In this document: positions 58,018 through 64,000 of the stretch, piece after piece
How the letters are laid out: the number at the start of each line of letters is the position of its first letter
How positions within the stretch are numbered: position 1 is the stretch's first letter
Source of the DNA: Cyanobacteria bacterium REEB446
GTDB lineage: Bacteria; Cyanobacteriota; Vampirovibrionia; LMEP-6097
Reading direction: 5' to 3'
Assembly: GCA_018970325.1 (NCBI GenBank)
Contig: JAGWWP010000005.1
Location: 1,594 to 65,593, forward strand
Length of the DNA stretch: 64,000 nucleotides
Notes under the pieces: model-generated
Seen by the model: the letters and a program-made list of their open reading frames with translations, nothing else
Told to the model about the DNA's origin: nothing
Database searches by the model: none
Made by a program: the position numbers and the translations under genes

Positions 58018-58539
58018 ATGTTTGAAAACATCTCAGAAAGACTAAAAGAACGTGCTCAGAAAATAAAAATGATCGGCTTCGACGTAGACGGCGTTCTGAC
58101 AGATGGTTCGCTTTATATAGCTAAAGATGGTGAATCTGTAAAAAGATTCTTCGCCTTAGATGGACATGGCATAAAACTCGCTCAGAACTTCGGTTTAACT
58201 GTGGTTATAGTCTCTGCTCGTAAAAGTGAGCAGACTATCAATCGCTGTACTGATCTGGGTGTCAAAGAAATTCACACGGGTGTAGAAAACAAACTGAGCT
58301 GCGTTCAAGATTTACTAAAACGCTATGAACTTAATTATGATGAGTTCGCCTTTATCGGTGATGACAGCATAGATGTTCCAGTCTTAGAACTAGTGGGCTT
58401 AGCTGCCTGTCCAGCAGATTCACATTATTCAGTATTTAAGCATATTCATTACATTACTGAGCGTAAAGGCGGACAGGGAGCGGCTAGGGAATTTATTGAT
58501 TTGATTCTTGCCATGCAGGGGAAGATACCAGTAGCTTAA
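58018..58539 (+). CDS. kdsC: 3-deoxy-D-manno-octulosonate 8-phosphate phosphatase (HAD-IIIA)
   Basis: HAD motif I FDVDGVLTDG. Motifs GDDSIDVPV and GGQGAAREF match KdsC. Confidence 0.8.
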   Translation: MFENISERLKERAQKIKMIGFDVDGVLTDGSLYIAKDGESVKRFFALDGHGIKLAQNFGLTVVIVSARKSEQTINRCTDLGVKEIHTGVENKLSCVQDLLKRYELNYDEFAFIGDDSIDVPVLELVGLAACPADSHYSVFKHIHYITERKGGQGAAREFIDLILAMQGKIPVA

Positions 58540-59126
58540 TCACACTCTAGCATTGAAATTAAAAGATTTAATTCTGGTATCGTTTTACGCTTTTCGTCGA
58601 GAATCTCCTTTGTTAGATTATCTCGATAGAAACTTAGCTCATCTTTACCTTTAATAATTCCACCTACAGCATTTTTTAAAGTCTTTAGGTCACTAGGTAG
58701 TGCTTTACCCAGCACTTTTAAAATGAAAGACTCTACAGATCGTGGCTGAGAGACAATTAAAGTAGGTCTCTTTTTATTCTTTGCATTAAAATTAGTTTGC
58801 AGTTTAGCCAAAGGGGTATTATTAAAGCTTTCTATGCGTTCCTCTGATATATTCCAAGCTTGAGCAAGTGATTTTTTATTTTTAATTTCTTTATCCTCGT
58901 CTAGCCAAACAAAACATCTATCACGATCATTATTACAAATCGCTGTATTAATTAGTGTATCTGCGTCACCGCCACCACTACAACGACCTTTATCAAGACT
59001 GACGGAAATAGATATACTATTTTTATCTAAGTAAAGTTCTTCTAATATTTTAAAAAAGAATCTCTCCCTTTGTCCTTCTAGGACAGCGTAGAGGGTAATT
59101 TTACGTTTACGTTGCTTTCTCCCCAC
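58536..59126 (-). CDS. RloB-like / DUF4276-like small protein (TOPRIM-like), partner of upstream AAA_21 ATPase (AbiLii-like)
   Basis: 196 aa. N-terminal ITLYAVLEGQRERFFF resembles the (I/V)xCEGxTE...YF signature of RloB/DUF4276. 2-nt gap to the upstream ATPase gene. Confidence 0.45.
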   Translation of the reverse strand: MGRKQRKRKITLYAVLEGQRERFFFKILEELYLDKNSISISVSLDKGRCSGGGDADTLINTAICNNDRDRCFVWLDEDKEIKNKKSLAQAWNISEERIESFNNTPLAKLQTNFNAKNKKRPTLIVSQPRSVESFILKVLGKALPSDLKTLKNAVGGIIKGKDELSFYRDNLTKEILDEKRKTIPELNLLISMLECD

Positions 59127-59128
59127 GC

Positions 59129-60352
59129 TTAAAACCCTCTATTTAACCAGTCTATATCAGGTACACCACCGTAAGTGCCGCTTAAATATTTTTGAGCATA
59201 GTTTTCATCATTACGAACTCCTTCTACTTCATCTAAACGATATATCTCAGTCGTCAAATCCTCTTTATTTTTTTCAACAATAAATATCTGCGTTTTAGTA
59301 AGTTCTTTCAGTAATAGCGCTTGATGTGTACTGAAGAGGATTTGAGCATTATATTTATTTATTTTTTTATTCATAAATAGAGAAAGTATTTTCTGAATCA
59401 AGTGGGGATGTATATTTGTCTCTATTTCATCAATCACGATAAGTCCACCTTCTTCTAGGACAGGGATTATTTTTAAAAATAAATTAAACGCCGTTCTAGT
59501 CCCATGAGATTCATCATGGAGGAATAGATCAAATTCAGCTCCAGTGAGTGTTTTATGTCTAAGGCAGAGTATCTTTTTATTCGTATCTTGTAGGTCTAGG
59601 AAAAAATGATCGCCTATCCCTATATCTAAACTCTTCATAAGTTTAATAGTCTTATCCTCTAATTTCGAATCTTGATTTTGATTTTGGATTAAGTGACGTT
59701 CAGCAGCAGATGGATAGGAGCTAATACTAGACTGGTTAATAGATAAATAAGAGCGCTTAAAAAAAAGGATTTTGGGTAAATATCCAGTATTTAAAAGGCT
59801 AGAAAAAATTGGGACAGTTAAACAACGACTTAAAAAACGCTCTTTATCTGATTTATTTAAGTTAAGTTCTGTTGAAATACTCAGATCAAGCTTTTCACCA
59901 TGTCTTGATAAGCTGAAAATTTTTTTAAATCTAGTATTAGTTTTTTTCTCCAATACTTCATTAAGAATGAATGGTCCATTCAAAACGAGTTTGTAACGAT
60001 ATAAATCTTGTTCATTATAAAACTCTATTGTGAAGCAAGACTCTTTATCTTGATGTAAAGCATGAGCTTTGTATCCTCCTATGCCTTGAGAGTAATCATA
60101 AGAAGAACCGATTAAAGGTGGTACTTTAAGATACGAATCATTTATCCAAGAAATTAAAAATGATAGCCCCTTAAGTATATTAGATTTACCAGAGCCATTG
60201 GCTCCCACCAAACCTGCGATAAGAGTAAAATTCTGTGACCCCACTACAGAAAAGGATTCATTTAAACAGTCTTTTTTAGAAACCTCTAAGGATACGCTCT
60301 GTGGCTCAAGCCCAATACTATAAAAATTAGACACTGTAAAAGATTTGAGCAT
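59129..60352 (-). CDS. AAA_21-type (ABC/OLD-like) ATPase (AbiLi-like)
   Basis: Walker A LVGANGSGKSN near the N-terminus. Walker B/D-loop-like LIVIDEIETNIHPHL near the C-terminus with a long helical insert between, as in AAA_21 abortive-infection ATPases. Confidence 0.65.
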   Translation of the reverse strand: MLKSFTVSNFYSIGLEPQSVSLEVSKKDCLNESFSVVGSQNFTLIAGLVGANGSGKSNILKGLSFLISWINDSYLKVPPLIGSSYDYSQGIGGYKAHALHQDKESCFTIEFYNEQDLYRYKLVLNGPFILNEVLEKKTNTRFKKIFSLSRHGEKLDLSISTELNLNKSDKERFLSRCLTVPIFSSLLNTGYLPKILFFKRSYLSINQSSISSYPSAAERHLIQNQNQDSKLEDKTIKLMKSLDIGIGDHFFLDLQDTNKKILCLRHKTLTGAEFDLFLHDESHGTRTAFNLFLKIIPVLEEGGLIVIDEIETNIHPHLIQKILSLFMNKKINKYNAQILFSTHQALLLKELTKTQIFIVEKNKEDLTTEIYRLDEVEGVRNDENYAQKYLSGTYGGVPDIDWLNRGF

Positions 60353-60458
60353 TATCCCTTCATTTTAACGATATTTTGTTATTTTTCCACTAATTTGAAC
60401 AAAATAGTTTAAATCTAGTAAAATCAGCCCTCGGCAAGAATGCTAAAATCATAAACCT

Positions 60459-60998
60459 ATGCAAATCAAAGGTAAAGTTCTAAAAGTCCTAAAGTCAAAC
60501 ATAGACACCGATCAAATCATCCCAGCAAGACACCTTACAGGGATTAGCAAAACTGGTTTAGGGAAATTTTTATTTGAAGATCTACCGAATAATCCACTAG
60601 ATGATATTGAGCATGAGGGTGCGAAAATTATTCTTACTTTAGAAAACTTCGGCTGCGGCTCTTCACGTGAGCATGCGGTTTGGTCTATTTTAGACAGAGG
60701 CTTTAATGCTGTTATCGCTGTAAATTTCGCAAGAATTTTTGAAGAGAACTGCTATAACAATGGCGTAGTGCCGATTAAGCTAAGTGAAGCAGAAATACAA
60801 GAAATAGATACAGCTTTAACTAATGATACTGAAGTTGAAATAGATGTCATAGAACAGGTTTTAAGTGTCGGAGCTAAAACTTATAAATTCAATTTAGATG
60901 AATTAAAAAAAGAATTTATTCTTAAAGGTGGCTTTATGAAGTTTTTAGATGCTAAAGTACCTAAAATTAAAGAGTGGGCTTTAGCTGAGAAGAGTTAA
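60459..60998 (+). CDS. leuD: 3-isopropylmalate dehydratase small subunit-like (LeuD / aconitase swivel domain)
   Basis: ILTLENFGCGSSREHA and NFARIF match the LeuD signature. No leuC is adjacent. Confidence 0.7.
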   Translation: MQIKGKVLKVLKSNIDTDQIIPARHLTGISKTGLGKFLFEDLPNNPLDDIEHEGAKIILTLENFGCGSSREHAVWSILDRGFNAVIAVNFARIFEENCYNNGVVPIKLSEAEIQEIDTALTNDTEVEIDVIEQVLSVGAKTYKFNLDELKKEFILKGGFMKFLDAKVPKIKEWALAEKS

Positions 60999-61769
60999 AA
61001 AATTATCTAGGCTTAAAGTCCTTAGCTCTAATGAATCCTGCACAAAATTTTCTAAATCAGAATGCACTTCCTTAAAATTAGTTTCTTCAAGACGCTTTAT
61101 TAAGCATGTTTGAAGACCTGCCATATCTAGTTTAGATTTTTTACCAGTACTTTGAGCGATAGCATTATTTAGTAAGACTAAATTAGGTTTAACTTTTTTA
61201 GTTAAATACCACATTAAATCATAGTAGTCTCTACCCTTGGTATATTTACGATGTAAAATAGCATGAAGCTTACCAGCATATAAACTAGGTAAATCATAAT
61301 GCTTAATGCCAAAGAAACTCTTTTGTATAGTGTATTCTAAGTTTGCTCCTTTTGGTGGATTCATATCCAATTCGAGTTTTATATATAATTTCTGTTCAGG
61401 TAGAGAAGTTAAGCCTAGCTCATAGAGAAGCTTTGCAAATTTTAATTGAGCTATGTAAACATTATTCTTAGTCTTTGAATTTATTTTCAGATTAATATTT
61501 AATAGTAAAAAACGCTTGCAGAGCTGGTCTAACATATTTATGAAATCAAAATCTTTTGCATCAATTAAACTAAAATCTAAATCTTCTGAAAAGCGATTTA
61601 AATCATATAAAATTCTCAGAGCAGTCCCACCAACAAAAGCAATATTCTTTGAAAATCCCTGCTGATCTATAATTTTCAGGGTTTGAATTTGAATAATCTC
61701 CCTTAGATAATTAAACTTTTCTTCAGTAGTAGAATATTTTTCTATTTGATTTTTTAATAAACTAAGCAT
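60981..61769 (-). CDS. AbiEii/AbiGii-family nucleotidyltransferase toxin (DUF1814)
   Basis: IAFVGGTALRILYDLNRFSEDLDFSL is the hallmark GG-TAL...RFSEDLDF motif of type IV TA nucleotidyltransferases. Confidence 0.75.
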   Translation of the reverse strand: MLSLLKNQIEKYSTTEEKFNYLREIIQIQTLKIIDQQGFSKNIAFVGGTALRILYDLNRFSEDLDFSLIDAKDFDFINMLDQLCKRFLLLNINLKINSKTKNNVYIAQLKFAKLLYELGLTSLPEQKLYIKLELDMNPPKGANLEYTIQKSFFGIKHYDLPSLYAGKLHAILHRKYTKGRDYYDLMWYLTKKVKPNLVLLNNAIAQSTGKKSKLDMAGLQTCLIKRLEETNFKEVHSDLENFVQDSLELRTLSLDNFLTLLS

Positions 61770-62397
61770 TTTTTAAAATCCTTTTTAAAACCACAATAGC
61801 CTGAGAGATTTTTTTCATATTAAATAAGCTGTCTAATTTCTTTAGTCGTGAGGCTTTCAAAATTTCCAGATTCTGTAATCTTAAATTTTCTTCAAAAAAA
61901 TCTTCATCAATGTTCTGATTTGCTTTAACTTTAAAGTAAATATAATCTAGAAGAGCTTTTTCAGGATAGGCAATTTTATAAGCATTACCAAATTCATCTA
62001 TTTGATGAATAAAATAGTCAAATAGGCTGGGTTTGATATGTTTGTAATTAAAGCTCGTTAAGTCATTTGTAAAAGTTTTAGTTTTACTAGTACTAACTGA
62101 ACTCACTTGAAAAACCCGCTCAGGGATTAATCTATAAAAACTCATAGCAGATTCTAAACTAATATATGAATTATCACCGTAGAGCAGCGAAGCCACATAA
62201 AAATTTGAAAATAATTTATTTTTCTCTAAACCCAAATAAGCATATAAACCTTTCTTTAACTGCATAACATAACCCTGTTGAATCCAGTTCTGAATCTGCC
62301 TGCGTAAAGTTTCTCGATCATAGCCAAGCAACTCCATGCTCTGCATAGTAAAAATGCGATTTTTTACGCTTAATCGGTGAAAATCTTCGAACTTCAT
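61762..62397 (-). CDS. AbiEi-like antitoxin / transcriptional regulator
   Basis: 8-nt overlap with the toxin gene. N-terminal winged-helix-like region (ETLRRQIQNWIQQGYVMQLKKGLYA). The track start (62415) is a TTG; the ATG at 62395-62397 is the likelier start. Confidence 0.55.
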   Translation of the reverse strand: MKFEDFHRLSVKNRIFTMQSMELLGYDRETLRRQIQNWIQQGYVMQLKKGLYAYLGLEKNKLFSNFYVASLLYGDNSYISLESAMSFYRLIPERVFQVSSVSTSKTKTFTNDLTSFNYKHIKPSLFDYFIHQIDEFGNAYKIAYPEKALLDYIYFKVKANQNIDEDFFEENLRLQNLEILKASRLKKLDSLFNMKKISQAIVVLKRILKNA

Positions 62398-62400
62398 TAT

Positions 62401-62434
62401 TTCCGTAACGGGCAATAATATTCCCGTTATGGAA
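62401..62434. promoter_or_regulatory. 12-bp-arm inverted repeat (TTCCGTAACGGG-N10-CCCGTTATGGAA) at the abiEi 5' end: candidate autoregulatory operator
   Basis: Near-perfect palindrome, one G-T mismatch, immediately upstream of the abiEi ATG. Confidence 0.45.
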
Positions 62435-62505
62435 ATATTATATCAAGAAGGGTTTAATACTTTGACAAATTGGCAATTAGATTTACAGTTAACTCTTAAG
62501 AACAA

Positions 62506-62760
62506 TCACTTCAAACTCGGCAACTCATAACCCCAAGGACATCCTAGGCAGCCAGTCATACAACAACCCGACATAGCATCTTCCAGCTTATCTGATCTAG
62601 CTACTCCATCGGAATCTGGTCTAGTAGATCTTTCCAGCGCACGCATTGAGAAAAAATCTTCCAGATCCTTTTCTAAATCTTGAGCCAGTTTTTCAAAGTC
62701 TGGATATTCATCATCCTCAGGCTTTTCAGAATTTATAGGATCTTCTTTAGGCTTATCCAT
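62506..62760 (-). CDS. hypothetical acidic protein with C-terminal Cys cluster (84 aa)
   Basis: D/E-rich sequence, C-terminal GCCMTGCLGCPWG. 4 nt downstream of prfA. Confidence 0.3.
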   Translation of the reverse strand: MDKPKEDPINSEKPEDDEYPDFEKLAQDLEKDLEDFFSMRALERSTRPDSDGVARSDKLEDAMSGCCMTGCLGCPWGYELPSLK

Positions 62761-62764
62761 ATAA

Positions 62765-63865
62765 TTAAGCAGCTGTAGATTCAGTGCTGAGCGATTCTAA
62801 CTGAGCACTCTGATCATAAGATATACAGGCATCAAAAATATCTCCCAAATGCCCTTCTATAACTCGATTTAAAGCGAAGTTGTTTTTCAGACGGTGATCT
62901 GTGACCCTGTCATCCTTATAATTATAAGTTCTGATCTTCTCTTCTCTGCCACCAGTTCCGACTTGGCTCTTACGTGCGTCACGCTGTTCAGCCTCACGCT
63001 TCTGAATTTCTAAATCGTAAAGTTTAGCTTTCAGTCTCTTTAAGGCTTTCTCCCTATTCTGCAACTGTGATCTCTCTTCACGGCACTCTACTACTATTCC
63101 AGTAGGCTTATGCTCTAATCTAACAGCGGTTTCTACTTTGTTTACGTTCTGTCCACCAGCTCCACCAGCTCTACAGGTAGTTAATAAAATATCTTCTTGC
63201 TTTAAATCAATATCAATATCATCATCAACTTGAACCAAAACCGCTACAGTAACGGTACTAGTGTGAATTCTTCCTTGCGATTCAGTCGCAGGAACTCTCT
63301 GTACACGATGAACACCAGACTCATATTTAAATTTACTATAGACATCATCGCCTTGAACTTCAAAAACGACTTCTTTAAAACCACCATGACCCGAATCATT
63401 AAAATCAGCCATTTGATGTTTCCAACCCACACTGTCACAGTATTTTACGTACATCCTATATAAATCACCGACAAATATAGCAGCTTCATCCCCGCCAGCA
63501 CCAGCTCTAATCTCGATGATAATATCTTTATCGTCATTAGGATCTTTAGGTAAAAGTAAAATCTGTAATTCATTAGCCAGCTTGACTATCTCATCCTGCG
63601 CTGAGCTAAGTTCTAATTCAGCCATTTCTCTCAATTCCGCATCAGTCTCTTCACGGAGCATTTGCCTAGCTTCCTCTACCTGCTTTTCTAAAGCCTTATA
63701 CTGCTTAAATTTTTCCGTAGTTTTATCTAATTTTTTTAAAGATTTAGTTAATTTCTGAAATTCAGCCTGATCCTTAAATATCTCTGGGTCTGAAAGCTTG
63801 TTACGATAGCTTTCGCAGGTAGCTTCAGTTTCTTCTAATTTGGCATAAAGTTGCTTATTAATCAT
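62765..63865 (-). CDS. prfA: peptide chain release factor 1
   Basis: [26 protein letters not shown] is RF1-type. PAT tripeptide anticodon motif ([15 protein letters not shown]) and GGQ motif ([10 protein letters not shown]). Confidence 0.9.
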   Translation of the reverse strand: MINKQLYAKLEETEATCESYRNKLSDPEIFKDQAEFQKLTKSLKKLDKTTEKFKQYKALEKQVEEARQMLREETDAELREMAELELSSAQDEIVKLANELQILLLPKDPNDDKDIIIEIRAGAGGDEAAIFVGDLYRMYVKYCDSVGWKHQMADFNDSGHGGFKEVVFEVQGDDVYSKFKYESGVHRVQRVPATESQGRIHTSTVTVAVLVQVDDDIDIDLKQEDILLTTCRAGGAGGQNVNKVETAVRLEHKPTGIVVECREERSQLQNREKALKRLKAKLYDLEIQKREAEQRDARKSQVGTGGREEKIRTYNYKDDRVTDHRLKNNFALNRVIEGHLGDIFDACISYDQSAQLESLSTESTAA

Positions 63866-64000
63866 GGAATCAAAATTAGCCCTAAGGTAATAAACCTTAG
63901 AAGCACCTATATATTTTACCCTATGAAATCAAGACTTAAGGATTTTTTATCAAGACATAAAAAAGCAGTTAATTAAATCTTTCTTTGTTAGAATTTTACC

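Noticed and set aside
59129-60352. Calling the AAA_21 ATPase plus small partner a PARIS (AriAB) system
   Set aside because: The partner is only 196 aa with an RloB-like N-terminal motif, shorter than typical DUF4435 AriB. It is reported as AbiL-like, with PARIS as an alternative.
1-64000. CRISPR arrays, rRNA genes, integrase/transposase genes
   Set aside because: Looked for regularly spaced direct repeats, rRNA-like conserved stretches and DDE/tyrosine-recombinase ORFs; none present. The only interspersed repeats are the core/MITE-like family, which lack CRISPR-like regular spacing.

Overview
This is a low-GC (about one-third G+C by eye) segment of a Gram-negative (diderm) bacterial chromosome; lpxC, kdsC, an asmA-like gene and a prepilin-peptidase gene are all present. 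The first ~48 kb is mostly housekeeping genes: coaD, a leuA/cimA-family synthase, cdaA, lysA, glutamine-dependent nadE, queA, adk, coaBC, der, a ClC channel, ald, sppA, argJ, tsf, rpsB, ruvX, lpxC and prfA near the window end, plus three tRNAs. A futalosine-type mqnA/mqnD-family gene and cdaA are present; this is compatible with (but does not prove) a Chlamydiae/PVC-like or other uncultivated lineage. Three things stand out. (1) A repeat family with a ~30-bp core (ACGCAGAAATTGGAG...) occurs at least 10 times. Some copies are extended into ~150-190-bp palindromic MITE-like elements with terminal inverted repeats. Two copies sit in frame inside conserved genes (queA, argJ) and one forms the 5' end of the leuA-like ORF, which resembles Rickettsia-palindromic-element behaviour. 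(2) A ~14-kb defence neighbourhood at 48.5-62.4 kb holds a type I R-M system in the order hsdR-hsdS-hsdM, an AAA+ ATPase with a large S8 subtilase (ietA/ietS-like), an AAA_21 ATPase with a RloB-like protein (AbiL-like), and an AbiEi/AbiEii pair with a palindromic operator. The hsdRSM+ietAS block is bracketed by a perfect 34-bp direct repeat that duplicates the kdsC leader. (3) Three paralogous small hydrophobic-N-terminus peptide genes (53-63 aa) lie in tandem, each with its own conserved promoter block, GAGGT RBS and hairpin terminator. Other oddities are a reversed-order hipA-hipB pair with three 20-bp palindromes at 40-bp spacing, a folK-rimI fusion, an extended argJ and a divergent pilD. 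No rRNA, CRISPR array or integrase/transposase gene was seen.
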